A DNA stretch of 64,000 nucleotides from Spirochaetia bacterium (GCA_900769985.1 CAAGIS010000064.1:112427-176426), one strand, 5' to 3'; counted from the first letter of the stretch, positions 1-10,229 are shown. A program made the numbers and translations. Notes: a model not told the origin generated them from the sequence alone.

Positions 1-1
1 G

Positions 2-634
2 AAAAAAAGACAGCCACAAGATTTTTCAAAAGGAATTCCTGACGAAATATGGACGCCTGTTACGCAGGAAAATACAAACAAGCTGTTAAAAACTCTTGAA
101 GGCTGCGACGGATTAAAAACAGGCTATATAGACGAAAGCGGCTATAACCTTTCTTTAACGTGTCTTAGAAACGGCATGCGCTGTATTTCTGTTACGATGA
201 AAGGCCCTGGAAAAAATCTTTACGAAGGAAATGAATACAGGATTTCTGACGGAACTTTGCTTCAGGAATTCGGTTTTAACTGCTTTCTTGAAATCCCGGA
301 ACTTGATGAAATAAAAGATTTTTATGCTGTTTCTCTTCTGGGCTGCAAAGAAGATTGCGCTGCTTTGGTTCCTGCGTTTCCTGTAAAAACTGTCATACCA
401 AAAATTTACGATGAAATCGGTAATGATTTGTCATGCAAAATTGAAGTTGAATATGAAATACCAAAAGTATTATACGGAAAAATCTCGTGCGGCAGCGTTT
501 ATGGGAAAATTACTGTAAAAAGAGGAAACTTTGTAATCGAAGAAATTCCTCTTGCAGCACAAAAAGATATTGAAGAAAGTTCCAGCTTAAAAAAAATGTT
601 TGACAGGCTTGTTTATTATTCCATAAAAAAATAA
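2..634 (+). CDS. D-alanyl-D-alanine carboxypeptidase (peptidase S11), 5'-truncated by the window edge
   Basis: The frame is open from nt 2. Upstream of the listed ORF it reads NTNKLL..GCDGLKTGYIDESGYNL, the KTG motif region of S11 PBPs. Confidence 0.85.
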   Translation, partial: KKRQPQDFSKGIPDEIWTPVTQENTNKLLKTLEGCDGLKTGYIDESGYNLSLTCLRNGMRCISVTMKGPGKNLYEGNEYRISDGTLLQEFGFNCFLEIPELDEIKDFYAVSLLGCKEDCAALVPAFPVKTVIPKIYDEIGNDLSCKIEVEYEIPKVLYGKISCGSVYGKITVKRGNFVIEEIPLAAQKDIEESSSLKKMFDRLVYYSIKK

Positions 635-670
635 TGCCTTAAAAAATTACACAAAATGCAAAAATACAAA

Positions 671-700
671 AAAAAACAACCTTGCTTGAAGGTTGTTTTT
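671..700. terminator. Bidirectional intrinsic terminator between dac and tRNA-Gly
   Basis: AAAAACAACCTT-GCTTG-AAGGTTGTTTTT hairpin flanked by A and T tracts, between convergent genes. Confidence 0.75.
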
Positions 701-701
701 A

Positions 702-774
702 AGCGGATGAAGGGAGTCGAACCCTCGTCATCAGCTTGGAAGGCTGAGATAATAAGCCGTTATATGACATCCGC
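702..774 (-). tRNA. tRNA-Gly (TCC), CCA not encoded
   Basis: Reverse complement has a GCGGATG/CATCCGC acceptor stem, a TCAGC-CTTCCAA-GCTGA anticodon arm, a GGTTCGACTCC T-arm and discriminator U. Confidence 0.95.
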
Positions 775-789
775 ATTGCTTATGTTGTT

Positions 790-818
790 AATATATAATT
801 TCCGTAAAAAAATGTCAA
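790..818 (-). promoter_or_regulatory. sigma70-type promoter of tRNA-Gly
   Basis: TTGACA-17 nt-TATATT on the minus strand. Confidence 0.7.
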
Positions 819-878
819 TAATAAATTTAATTTTTTTAAGAATTTTTATAAAAAAAAATAATGAACTGAGCTTTTTAA

Positions 879-907
879 TTCACATTTTAAATTCACTGTG
901 GTATAAT
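879..907 (+). promoter_or_regulatory. sigma70-type promoter of the uracil permease gene
   Basis: TTCACA-17 nt-TATAAT with extended -10 (TGG TATAAT). Confidence 0.65.
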
Positions 908-952
908 TTTTGAGCATTTTTATGTTAATCTTTTTATTGACAGAGGTTTCTA

Positions 953-2251
953 ATGAACTCAAATGATATTTACGGACCAAATGACAGGCCGCCTTTGGCA
1001 AAGTGGATTCCGCTTAGTTTCCAGCATGTATTTGCAATGTTTGGTGCTACAGTGCTTGTTCCGCTTTTAACAGGTTTAAGCACTTCGACAGCGCTTTTTA
1101 CAGCCGGTACAGGTACTTTGCTTTATATTCTGATAACAGGCGCAAAAGTTCCGGCATTTTTAGGTTCTTCTTTTGCTTTTATTCCAGCTTTAATAGGAAT
1201 AGGGCAGCAATACGGAATTTCGTATGCGATGGGAGGTGCTGTTTTTGCAGGGATTTTTTACTGCATAATTGCCCTGATTGTCAAATTTACAGGCAAAGAA
1301 TGGATTGACAAAGCGCTGCCGCCTGTAGTAATCGGTTCTGTAATAGTAGTCATCGGGCTGTCGCTTGCTCCGACTGCAATTCAGGAAGCATTTTACATAA
1401 ACAATGAATATTCACTTGTTGCACTCAGCATTTCTGCAGTTACGCTGGCAATCGCTGTCGTTGCAACGATTTTTTTTAAAGGGTTTTTTAATACACTTTC
1501 GATTTTAATAGGATTAATCGGTGGTTATCTTTTTACTCTGATAATGGGCTGCTTTTTTCCTGCATACAACTTGATTGATTTTACTGCAGTAAAAAGTGCA
1601 AAATGGTTTTCGCTTCCGTTTTTGCAGACAGGGCTTGACGGAAAATATTTCTGGCAGTTTCCTAAATTCAATCTTGTTGCAATTTTGACTTTTATAATCG
1701 TTTCAATTTCTACAATATGCGAACATCTTGGAGATACGCTTACAACTTCAAAAGTTGTCGGAAAAGATTTTTACAAAGAACCGGGACTTCACAGAACTTT
1801 GATTGGTGATGGTGTTGCAACTGCATGGGCAGCCCTTTGGGGAGGTCCTCCGAACACTACATACGGTGAAAACATCGGTGTAATGGCAATTACAAAAGTT
1901 TATTCTGTATGGGTAATAGGAGGAGCTGCAGTAATTGCCGTTTTGCTTTCTTTCTGTCAGAAATTCGGTGCTTTGATTTCGACTATTCCGACTCCAGTTC
2001 TCGGCGGAATTTGTACTTTGCTTTACGGACTTATTGCTTCAAGCGGACTCAGAACAATAGTTGATGCTGGAGTTGATTACCAGAATAAACGAAACCTTAC
2101 GATTTCTTCTGTAATTCTCGTTCTTGGAATCGGTGGCGGTGCATTAAAATTTATGATTGGACAGGATTTCCAGTTCAGCCTTGGCGGAGTTGCACTTGCT
2201 ACTGTCGCAGGAATTATACTTAATCTGATTATTCCTGATTCAGAAAAATAA
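953..2251 (+). CDS. uraA: Uracil/xanthine permease (NCS2 family)
   Basis: SFQHVFAMFG N-terminus, PAFLGSSFAF, NCS2 signature PNTTYGENIG, many TM segments. Confidence 0.9.
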   Translation: MNSNDIYGPNDRPPLAKWIPLSFQHVFAMFGATVLVPLLTGLSTSTALFTAGTGTLLYILITGAKVPAFLGSSFAFIPALIGIGQQYGISYAMGGAVFAGIFYCIIALIVKFTGKEWIDKALPPVVIGSVIVVIGLSLAPTAIQEAFYINNEYSLVALSISAVTLAIAVVATIFFKGFFNTLSILIGLIGGYLFTLIMGCFFPAYNLIDFTAVKSAKWFSLPFLQTGLDGKYFWQFPKFNLVAILTFIIVSISTICEHLGDTLTTSKVVGKDFYKEPGLHRTLIGDGVATAWAALWGGPPNTTYGENIGVMAITKVYSVWVIGGAAVIAVLLSFCQKFGALISTIPTPVLGGICTLLYGLIASSGLRTIVDAGVDYQNKRNLTISSVILVLGIGGGALKFMIGQDFQFSLGGVALATVAGIILNLIIPDSEK

Positions 2252-2265
2252 AATTAAAAATTTAC

Positions 2266-2318
2266 AAAAAAAACTGCCTGAAAAATTCTGAGATTTTGAA
2301 TTTACAGGCAGTTTTTTT
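2266..2318. terminator. Bidirectional terminator
   Basis: AAAAAAAACTGCCTG...CAGGCAGTTTTTTT between convergent genes. Confidence 0.75.
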
Positions 2319-2339
2319 ATATTCTTTTATATTAAATTT

Positions 2340-3230
2340 CTAGTCTTTTTTTATTTTGTCTGTACCAGTAATTTTATCGATTACAATGCTTACTTCTTCA
2401 ATTAAAATTCCGGTAAATTTTTCGATATTATCAACAATGTACTGCTGGAGCTTATAAATTTCGCCTGTCAGCTGCTTTCCAAACGGAACGTCAATCGTAA
2501 TGACAAGCCTGTAGCCTCTGGAATTTGTCTTTATTGAAAACTTCTTTACGCGTATGTTTGAATCAAATTCCTGTACACAGTGCATCGTCATCTGTGTCAG
2601 AGCTGCTTCTGAAATTATTACCCTGCCTTTTTTTGAAAACTCAGGCGTTACTACTGATTTTTCAAAGGTTTTTGCGTTTGCATTTTTTTTGCCGAGCAGT
2701 TTTGCAGGCTTAGAAAAAAATACTTTTATGGAATCATAGAAAATCTGGGAATAGTTTCTTTTTATTTCAATGGCAGGAACAGGAATTACGTGCTTTCCTT
2801 CGACTTGCCGAGAACGGATTGCCTTGTCAATTTCTTCGCGGGTTGCGATGTCTTCAATCTTTATGATTTTTGAAGGCGGCGGAAGTTGCAGTCTCGTTGC
2901 GATTTTTATTACCATTTTTTCTGATGTGCCGAGAATAAGGATTTTTTTTATGTGAGATTTCTTTAGAATACGTGCGACAGAATCCCTGTGTTCTTTATCA
3001 TCAAAAAGGGCAATTCTTACAGCACCCATATATGTTTTTTCTGTTTTTGCAGAACGACCACCAAGGATTTTGTCATTTTGAATTAAAAGACCGTCATCAA
3101 TAATTGCATCGATTCCGTATTTTTGAGCAAGAAGTTTTGATTTAAAACTTTTTCCTGTTCCACTTTCTCCGACAAGAGCCATAACTGAGATACCGGAAAT
3201 TTTTTTAAGTAGATTTGATATAGATTCCAT
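2340..3230 (-). CDS. P-loop NTPase with a C-terminal Asp23/Gls24-like domain
   Basis: Walker A GESGTGKS, IIDDGLLI, KSVVTP; the C-terminus ..IEKFTGILIEEVSIVID is typical of Asp23/Gls24. Confidence 0.7.
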   Translation of the reverse strand: MESISNLLKKISGISVMALVGESGTGKSFKSKLLAQKYGIDAIIDDGLLIQNDKILGGRSAKTEKTYMGAVRIALFDDKEHRDSVARILKKSHIKKILILGTSEKMVIKIATRLQLPPPSKIIKIEDIATREEIDKAIRSRQVEGKHVIPVPAIEIKRNYSQIFYDSIKVFFSKPAKLLGKKNANAKTFEKSVVTPEFSKKGRVIISEAALTQMTMHCVQEFDSNIRVKKFSIKTNSRGYRLVITIDVPFGKQLTGEIYKLQQYIVDNIEKFTGILIEEVSIVIDKITGTDKIKKD

Positions 3231-3231
3231 A

Positions 3232-4233
3232 CTAATTTATTATAATTCTGCCGTCCCATTTTATCAATGAAAGAGTTAAAAATTCTTGATAATTTTTTGG
3301 AACTGAAGCAGAAAGTTCTTCGGGAATACTGCATGGATTGTCTTTTGGAAAAATCATTTTATATGCATGAAGGAAAAAATCCTGTTTTTCAAAAATTTTT
3401 TCTGCACCATAGGCAGTATCACCTAAAAGATGAATGCCATGAAAAGCTGACTGGCAGCGTATCTGATGCTTTTTTCCTGTAAGGATTTCAAACTGACACA
3501 GCGTTATTTTTTTATTTTTATAAATTCCTTCAGCAAGGGGAGTACAGACTGTTGATGCAAGATTTTTTCTGTCAGTGCAAGAACAGTCAATTTTCATTGT
3601 ATAGAAATTTGATTTCCGCTCAGAATCAGGAATTATGTAATCATTCCAAAGCTGGCGGTTTTGCAATGTCCCATGACAGATTCCTATATAGAATTTTCTG
3701 ATGACTTTATCTGAAATTGCTTTTGAAAACCAAACTGCACCTGAAATGCTGTTTGAAAAAACAAGCAGACCAGTTGTTTTTTTGTCAAGGCGGTGAAGCG
3801 GACCTGGTGTAAAGGATAGGGAAGTGCCGAAACTTTCTTTTTTGTATGACTGTTCAATTACCGATGCAAGGCTATTTGTTCCGTGTACGTTGACGTCATA
3901 CGGCTTATTTATGATTTTAACGAATTCATTTTGAAAGACCGTTTCAAATTTTATCTTGGGAATTTTGTCAGAAGATGGTGCATGACTGTCAGAATGACTG
4001 TCATGTAGGGCATTTTTCTGTTCAGCGTGAAGTAAAAAAGCAGCAATTGAAATTTTATCGCCTGTTTTTACTTTTTGCTCAGCAGAAGTCTTTTTTTCAT
4101 TCACTTTTATAAGACCTTTTCTGATTGCAGAATAGACAGAAGAAATGCATGCAGATTCTGCTTTTTTTCTGATAATTCTGTCGAGCCTTCGTCCGTCATC
4201 ATCTGGACCTGCAAAAAAAACTGAAAATTCCAT
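3232..4233 (-). CDS. RluA-family pseudouridine synthase with S4 domain (RluC-like)
   Basis: RRLDR S4 domain, NKP, catalytic HRLD, TGKKHQIR, LHAY. Confidence 0.9.
   Translation of the reverse strand: MEFSVFFAGPDDDGRRLDRIIRKKAESACISSVYSAIRKGLIKVNEKKTSAEQKVKTGDKISIAAFLLHAEQKNALHDSHSDSHAPSSDKIPKIKFETVFQNEFVKIINKPYDVNVHGTNSLASVIEQSYKKESFGTSLSFTPGPLHRLDKKTTGLLVFSNSISGAVWFSKAISDKVIRKFYIGICHGTLQNRQLWNDYIIPDSERKSNFYTMKIDCSCTDRKNLASTVCTPLAEGIYKNKKITLCQFEILTGKKHQIRCQSAFHGIHLLGDTAYGAEKIFEKQDFFLHAYKMIFPKDNPCSIPEELSASVPKNYQEFLTLSLIKWDGRIIIN
3239..3267 (-). promoter_or_regulatory. Internal sigma70 promoter for 2340..3230 (probably leaderless)
   Basis: TTGATA-17 nt-TATAAT inside the 3' end of the RluA gene, 8 nt before the ATG. 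Confidence 0.65.
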
Positions 4234-4305
4234 ATTATAAATATATATTAAATTTTACAAATTTCCTACTAGACAAAATTTCTACTCATGATAAAATACT
4301 ATGAT

Positions 4306-4785
4306 ATGTTTACTGCAATTAAAACAAAAATGTTCCAGCTGTTTTCAAATCCGGTTTTTCTGTCCTGCGCATTCAGCTGGTTTTCTGCACAGTTTATAAA
4401 AACTATAATTAATCTTTGTCTAAGAAAGATACACAGTATTCCTGAGTTATTTGAATTTTTAATATGGAAAACAGGCGGATTTCCTTCTTCTCATACAGCT
4501 TTAGTCTGTTCTCTCTGTACTGTAATAGGTTTTAGAAACGGCATCAATTCTGACATTTTCATGCTTGCATTTTGTCTTATGATGATTACGGTAAGGGATG
4601 CGCTTGGAGTAAGGCGTGCAAATGGTGTTCATGCAAGAAAAATCAACGAAATAGGGCGGGAACTTGAAAAAAAAGATATTCTGAAATACAAACCGATTAA
4701 AGAAGTTCTCGGACATAATCCGATGGAAGTTGCTGTTGGCGCTCTGCTTGGTTTTTTTATCGGACTTGCTTTTTCTACACTATAG
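4306..4785 (+). CDS. Divergent PAP2-family (DUF212) membrane phosphatase-like protein
   Basis: TGGFPSSH, DALGVRR, LGHNPMEV. The start is placed at 4306 because a TAGACA-16-TAAAAT promoter overlaps the 4288 ATG. Confidence 0.85.
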   Translation: MFTAIKTKMFQLFSNPVFLSCAFSWFSAQFIKTIINLCLRKIHSIPELFEFLIWKTGGFPSSHTALVCSLCTVIGFRNGINSDIFMLAFCLMMITVRDALGVRRANGVHARKINEIGRELEKKDILKYKPIKEVLGHNPMEVAVGALLGFFIGLAFSTL

Positions 4786-4799
4786 TTTCAGGATATAAA

Positions 4800-6188
4800 A
4801 TGAATTATATTAAAAAGTTTGTCATCCCGGCAATTGTTGCAGTTTTTATAATAATATTGCTTGCAGTTTTACGAACTGTTCCTGTTTCAAAATTATGGAA
4901 AGGATATTCTGTTTTATATGTTCCCAACGGAACTGAGCCCGGCATTGTTTTAAATACACTTCAGGACAATGGCTGTAAAGATGTAATTTCTTATTATAAT
5001 CAGAAAATTCCTTTTAAAAACAGTGTATTGCCTGTTTTACCTTCATCTTCTATGAAATATATTTCTGGACGGAATGCCTATTTTTTTGACGAATCACATA
5101 ACGTAATGCTTTATTACATTCCTGACGAATACAGCAGAAATGCAGAAAAATCGGTGGCAGCTTTAATAAAAAATCATTCGCTTGATGCAGGCCTTGACTC
5201 TAAGTCTTCTTTTCCACTTATTCCGCCTGTTGTATGCGTATGTGCGGCGCTTTTTTTCTTTATTTTTGCACGCCACAAGATTGTTTTTTCTGCAGCTTCT
5301 GTTTTTCCTGTTTTGTTTTCGTTTGCGATGCCGTTTTATACAAGCGCTACAAGTGTGTGTATTGCGCTTTATTCAATTTTTTTGTGCCAGAAATTATGGC
5401 GCAGAAAAGCTGCTGTAAAATTTTTGCTGAACAATTATTTTGTACTGATTTTATTTCTCGTATCAGTAGTGTCAGCTTTCTTTGCATCTTTTTTGTCGGG
5501 GCTTCTTTTTATTCTCTCACTTACAGGAAGCGGAATTCTTTTGTATCTGATTAACGGAATATGTACGGAACGCGAAAAAAAGATGAGGTTTCGTCCTGTT
5601 CTTATAAGACCTGCACATTCTGTAAATATGATAAGTGAATCTGCAGTAAAAAAATCTTTTGCTTTTGAAGCTGCAATTTTTCTGCTTTCTGTATTTTACA
5701 TAACAAGTGCAGATGTTTTTTCAATATCAAATACTCAAGACTTGTATTTTCCAGTGCCTGCAAGATATAATACAGGAAGCGGAATTCCTGCATTAAACGA
5801 TTATGTAGTTTTCAGCTGGAATACACTGACAATGCCTTATAAATCTTTAAACGAAAGTTATTCTGAAATTCCTGAAGAGAATGAATGTATAACAGTTCAA
5901 AGATTTAAAAATACAGACGGAGGAATCATGACATCACAGGAAACTGTATACCGTTTTGATTCTGAGTTTAAAAATGAAGTTATAAGTTTGATTGACGGTC
6001 TTGATTATCCTGCTGTTGAAAAATTGATGAAAAAACAAGGAAATGATTTTTTTGTTGATTATTCTGCAGGGCAGGGGGAAAAATTCAGCAGGGCGTCTTT
6101 AATTCTTATGCTGCTTTTGATTATCATTCCTTGTGGATTGACGATTTTTTATTTGACTGGACGAAAAAAACATGGCGATTTTATCTGA
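4800..6188 (+). CDS. Hypothetical multi-pass membrane protein
   Basis: 462 aa, several hydrophobic segments plus two soluble domains; overlaps the start of the rnfC-like gene. Confidence 0.75.
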   Translation: MNYIKKFVIPAIVAVFIIILLAVLRTVPVSKLWKGYSVLYVPNGTEPGIVLNTLQDNGCKDVISYYNQKIPFKNSVLPVLPSSSMKYISGRNAYFFDESHNVMLYYIPDEYSRNAEKSVAALIKNHSLDAGLDSKSSFPLIPPVVCVCAALFFFIFARHKIVFSAASVFPVLFSFAMPFYTSATSVCIALYSIFLCQKLWRRKAAVKFLLNNYFVLILFLVSVVSAFFASFLSGLLFILSLTGSGILLYLINGICTEREKKMRFRPVLIRPAHSVNMISESAVKKSFAFEAAIFLLSVFYITSADVFSISNTQDLYFPVPARYNTGSGIPALNDYVVFSWNTLTMPYKSLNESYSEIPEENECITVQRFKNTDGGIMTSQETVYRFDSEFKNEVISLIDGLDYPAVEKLMKKQGNDFFVDYSAGQGEKFSRASLILMLLLIIIPCGLTIFYLTGRKKHGDFI

Positions 6189-7500
6189 TTTTGCAAAAAC
6201 AAATAAATATAACGTTCAAAAAACAACTGTCGGTTTTCTGCCTCGAACTGTTACAATTCCGTTAAGCCAGGAAGACAATTTTGTATGTGAATGTATTGTA
6301 AGACCGGGAGACTTTGTAAAGGAAGGGCAGGTCATTGCAGAAGTTTCAAGAGAACTGTACGGTACAAAATCTTTTGGTGCTTCAAAAATTCATTCTCCGA
6401 TTCCCGGCAAGGTTTTAAGAATAAAAAGCTGCACTTATCCGAACGGAAAACAGGGAAAAGCCGTTGAAATTTTATTGAACGGAACTTTTTCTCACATAGG
6501 AAAAATCCAGACGCCGTTTGAATGGAGCAACTATTCACCTGCAATGCTTTTAAGGACAATCAGCGAGTGTGGTGTTGTAAATACTTTTTCAAATACGGAA
6601 TGCCAGTCACTTGAACTTGATATTAGCAAAGTCCGCGATGAAAAAAACAAGAAACTCTTTGTAAGGCTGTTTGACGAAGATCCTGCATGTCAGACAGATT
6701 CAATCCTTACGAATTCTGATTTTGAAAAAATACTTATCGGAATACTTATAACTGCAAAAGTCTGCGATGCAGAAGAAATCATAATAGCACATTCAATTGA
6801 AAATGATATTCAGAATTCACTTACGGCTGAACAGAAAGATCTTACAGGTCACATTCCAGTTACATTTATAAAGGTTGATACTAAATTTTATCCTGCTGGC
6901 AGAAAACGTGAACTGATTAATGCCTACATAAAACAGAAAAAAGATACAGAATCATGCAGTCAGCTAAAAAAAAGCTGCATTTTTACAGATTCAAATACGA
7001 TGATACACGTATATAATGCCGTTGTCCTGAATATTCCTGTAGAAATGATAAATGTTTTTGTTACTGGAGACTGTCTTCAGGCAAATGCGCTTTTAAAAGT
7101 CTGCATTGGAACTTCGTTTGATTCAATTGCGAAACAATGTGGCGGATTTGTCAAGCGTCTTGGACGGATTATCGTTAACGGACAGATTAACGGCATTTCC
7201 GTAAATTCACTTGATACTCCTGTTACAAAATATGTAAAATCAATTTCATTTGTTTCTGAGAAAGACAGTTTTGACAGAAGTATAGGCATCTGCATGAGGT
7301 GCGGAAGATGCCGCATTGCGTGCGATTCAAAATTAAGTCCAGACATGATTTATGCAAACGTAATTTCAGGTGCAGCAGTAGAACAGGTTTACATTGATTC
7401 TGCTTCGCTTTGTACCGGTTGCGGAGTATGCAGTTGTGTCTGCCCATCAAAACTGCCGCTTACGCAGGTTATAAAACTTTTACAGAAAGAGAGAATATAA
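6172..7500 (+). CDS. rnfC: RnfC-like electron transport subunit (divergent)
   Basis: VRPGDFVKEGQ..IHSPIPGKV sandwich domain, YPAG, SLBB region, and two 4Fe-4S motifs CMRCGRCRIAC and CTGCGVCSCVCP. Confidence 0.85.
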   Translation: MAILSDFAKTNKYNVQKTTVGFLPRTVTIPLSQEDNFVCECIVRPGDFVKEGQVIAEVSRELYGTKSFGASKIHSPIPGKVLRIKSCTYPNGKQGKAVEILLNGTFSHIGKIQTPFEWSNYSPAMLLRTISECGVVNTFSNTECQSLELDISKVRDEKNKKLFVRLFDEDPACQTDSILTNSDFEKILIGILITAKVCDAEEIIIAHSIENDIQNSLTAEQKDLTGHIPVTFIKVDTKFYPAGRKRELINAYIKQKKDTESCSQLKKSCIFTDSNTMIHVYNAVVLNIPVEMINVFVTGDCLQANALLKVCIGTSFDSIAKQCGGFVKRLGRIIVNGQINGISVNSLDTPVTKYVKSISFVSEKDSFDRSIGICMRCGRCRIACDSKLSPDMIYANVISGAAVEQVYIDSASLCTGCGVCSCVCPSKLPLTQVIKLLQKERI

Positions 7501-7505
7501 TTATT

Positions 7506-8564
7506 ATGGATAACGCTATGCAGAAAAAATATTATAAACAGATAAGCATTGCCCCGTTTGTTAATAAAAATTCTACGTTAAAGACTTATCTTTATATTGT
7601 CATTGCACTTATTCCTCAAGTGATTATGCTTTTTATTACAAAAAGCTATGACAATTTGTTTTTGATTTTTACATGTATTCTGGCATGCCTTTTTTCTGAG
7701 ATTTTGTATATTTTAAAGAAAAAGCATACAGGACTGTCAGTATTAAAAAGTATATTGAATGGGCTTTTAATAGGATTCTTTCTGCCTGCAGGATATCCGC
7801 TTGTTTCTGTCTTTTTTATAACGCTGATTGTAATGAGTACTGTAAATTTTTCTTTTGGTGATATGACAGTTTCCTGGATAAATCCGATTGCAGTCACAGT
7901 TGCATTGTGCTGGTTTGTCGGTCAGTTTCATTTTCCGGGATTTTTAGTAACGAAAAATTTTCTGCTTGAAAAAAATCCTTCGCTTACATTGATTCAGGAA
8001 GGTATTTTCCCGACTTTTAAATTTGACGAACCGATAACTTCGTTTTTAAATGAAACTATTTTCGGACTGTTTAAGGTTTCGATTCCTCAGGGATACATTT
8101 CACTTTTATGGGATAATCAGTCTGTAATTCCTGCATTCAGGTTTAATTTTCTTACACTGATTTTTTCTGTTTTCCTTGTTGCAATCGACGTAATTGCTTT
8201 TGAAATTCCTTTTTTCTTTTTGACATCATATTTGTTGCTCGTAAAATTTCTCTCGCCGTTTTTTTCAGGCGGGATTCAATTTCAGGGGGACATGCTACTT
8301 GCGTTACTGTCAAGCGGAACTTTGTTCTGTTCTTTCTTCCTCTTGCAGTTCTTTGGTACTACGCCGATATCAAAGCAGGGAAAATTTTTCTACGGCATTA
8401 TAGGCGGAATTCTGGCATTTATTTTTTCAGGATGCGGAACAAGTCCTATTGGTTCAATTATGACAGTCCTGTTTCTTAACATAATTTCTCCTGTCATACA
8501 GTATTTTGAAAATCGGAGTATGCGTTCAAAATTAATCAGTTCATTGAGGAAAGAAAATGCTTGA
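7506..8564 (+). CDS. rnfD: RnfD-like membrane subunit (divergent)
   Basis: Multi-TM protein with FGD...INP, GDML, TTP..KQGK.FYGIIGG, N.ISP; follows rnfC. Confidence 0.8.
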   Translation: MDNAMQKKYYKQISIAPFVNKNSTLKTYLYIVIALIPQVIMLFITKSYDNLFLIFTCILACLFSEILYILKKKHTGLSVLKSILNGLLIGFFLPAGYPLVSVFFITLIVMSTVNFSFGDMTVSWINPIAVTVALCWFVGQFHFPGFLVTKNFLLEKNPSLTLIQEGIFPTFKFDEPITSFLNETIFGLFKVSIPQGYISLLWDNQSVIPAFRFNFLTLIFSVFLVAIDVIAFEIPFFFLTSYLLLVKFLSPFFSGGIQFQGDMLLALLSSGTLFCSFFLLQFFGTTPISKQGKFFYGIIGGILAFIFSGCGTSPIGSIMTVLFLNIISPVIQYFENRSMRSKLISSLRKENA

Positions 8565-9066
8565 AACAATAGATGAAATAACAAAAAAACGACTGAGGAT
8601 TTTTTCTCTTTTTACGGCGACACTGCTTGTAATGTCCCTTGTTTTAACAGGATTTACTTTTCTTGCAAAAAAAAGCTGGAATAAAAAATTGCGCATCCAG
8701 ATTGAAAAAGTCCTTGAACAGAGCAGACCGCTCGATTTTCCAGACAAATTCAAAATGGGAAAGCCTGTAAAAATAAATTCGACTGCTGCGGTAAGTTCAA
8801 ATATGTATGAAGTCGTTTCTTCATCAGGAAAAACTGAGTATTATGCTCTGATTACGCGCATTACGACTTTCTACGGGCCACAGGCAGTTGTTTTTCTTTA
8901 TGACAAAGAACAGGGCGTTTCGTTTGAAGGATTTGCATGCCTTAATTCAAGAGTTTTAAAACAGCTTGAAAATAAAGAAACTGATTTGTCTGTAAAATTC
9001 TGGACTGAACAGGCAAAAAAAATTTTTGAAAATTCTGTTTATAATGACGGAGTAAATGATGAATAA
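8557..9066 (+). CDS. RnfG-position membrane-anchored protein lacking the FMN-binding motif
   Basis: One N-terminal TM plus a soluble domain (TFYGP); occupies the G position in a CDGEAB order. Confidence 0.6.
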   Translation: MLETIDEITKKRLRIFSLFTATLLVMSLVLTGFTFLAKKSWNKKLRIQIEKVLEQSRPLDFPDKFKMGKPVKINSTAAVSSNMYEVVSSSGKTEYYALITRITTFYGPQAVVFLYDKEQGVSFEGFACLNSRVLKQLENKETDLSVKFWTEQAKKIFENSVYNDGVNDE

Positions 9067-9682
9067 ATCTATATATTATATTTTTACTGCAATTTCGTTT
9101 GCATTTTTAATTGCCGCTCCGGGCAGGTTTGCATTCGGACTTATTATCTGTGCAGAACTTTTCTTTCTTGTATTAAGCGGATTTTGTATTTCGTTTTTTA
9201 TAAAGAAAATAAACCTTCAGGAGATGAATTCTGTAATTACTGTTGCGTCCCTTATTTTTTCTACGGTATTGTACAAGCAGATTATAATGTGTATTTTTCC
9301 GCTTGCAGCACTGCAGTTGAGTTTTGTATTTTATCTTCCTGCGGTAACATCTTACGTAATCGGAATAATTTATAAAAACATCGGAACTTCGACAAAACAG
9401 TCGCTTGCAAATAATTTAAAACTTACAGGGCTGTTTTCTGTATTTGCACTTTTGTTTTACCTGATACGCGACATTTTCGGTTACGGAACTTTTACTTTGC
9501 CAAGTTCGAATGGTCTGATTGAAAAAATCATTTTCAGTACGGAATCTTTTTCGTGGTGCACTTTGTTTGCTTCAATTCCGGGAGCATTATTTTTAGTTTC
9601 CATATCAATACTTCTGTTTATTTTCGTTCAAAATAAATTCAAGATTATCGAAAGACTTGGAGATTCAAATGATTCTGAATAA
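9056..9682 (+). CDS. RnfE-like membrane subunit (divergent)
   Basis: About 6 TM segments; IRDIFGYGT (canonical IREILG.G) and PGALF motifs. Confidence 0.7.
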   Translation: MMNKSIYYIFTAISFAFLIAAPGRFAFGLIICAELFFLVLSGFCISFFIKKINLQEMNSVITVASLIFSTVLYKQIIMCIFPLAALQLSFVFYLPAVTSYVIGIIYKNIGTSTKQSLANNLKLTGLFSVFALLFYLIRDIFGYGTFTLPSSNGLIEKIIFSTESFSWCTLFASIPGALFLVSISILLFIFVQNKFKIIERLGDSNDSE

Positions 9683-10229
9683 TTTTGCTTTTTATATTTT
9701 ATTCTGTTCTTCAGTTTTAATTTACGGAATCGGATTTAACAGGGAATCTGTCATGTGCAATTCTCCGCGAAAGATTCTGTTTACGGCAATAAAATCTTAT
9801 GCCTGCGTAATCATTTCGTTTTTGCTTTCGTTTGGAATAAATAAAATGATTTTGATTCCATTGGCTTTGACAGAACTTTTTCCGTTTTTTTCTCTTTTGA
9901 TTTATATTACAATCTCTGTATTTTTTGAAATACTTATTCAGGTTACGACAAAAAAAAGTTCTGCAGAATTTGCAGTTTCCTTTTTAACTTTAATACTGGC
10001 TTTAAACGAAGGCATTTCTTTACTTGACGGAATTTTAATAACTGTTTCTTCGTTGACGTGTTTCTATTTTCTGCTTGCAGTTCTTCATTCGATTGAAAAA
10101 AGAATTCAGATTTCTAAAAAAGACAATATGTTCAAACAGAAAGGCCTTATTTTCTTGAGTATGGTCGTAATTATGATTGCATTATATTCATTCAATTTTT
10201 CATGGCTGAACACAGGAGTAATAAAATGA
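9669..10229 (+). CDS. RnfA-like membrane subunit (divergent)
   Basis: About 6 TM segments and ..IEKRI..; operon position; SD GGAG before ATG 9669. Confidence 0.6.
   Translation: MILNNFAFYILFCSSVLIYGIGFNRESVMCNSPRKILFTAIKSYACVIISFLLSFGINKMILIPLALTELFPFFSLLIYITISVFFEILIQVTTKKSSAEFAVSFLTLILALNEGISLLDGILITVSSLTCFYFLLAVLHSIEKRIQISKKDNMFKQKGLIFLSMVVIMIALYSFNFSWLNTGVIK

Noticed and set aside
656..913. 85-aa ORF
   Set aside because: Antisense shadow of tRNA-Gly, its terminator and promoters.
908..952. PyrR site or UTP-sensing reiterative transcription signal before uraA
   Set aside because: No PyrR-binding consensus or terminator; the T runs are not clearly at the predicted +1 and are common in this AT-rich DNA.
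635..952. tRNA genes as integration sites for an island or prophage (also 46044-46127)
   Set aside because: No integrase and no duplicated tRNA 3' end seen; both tRNAs are flanked by housekeeping genes.
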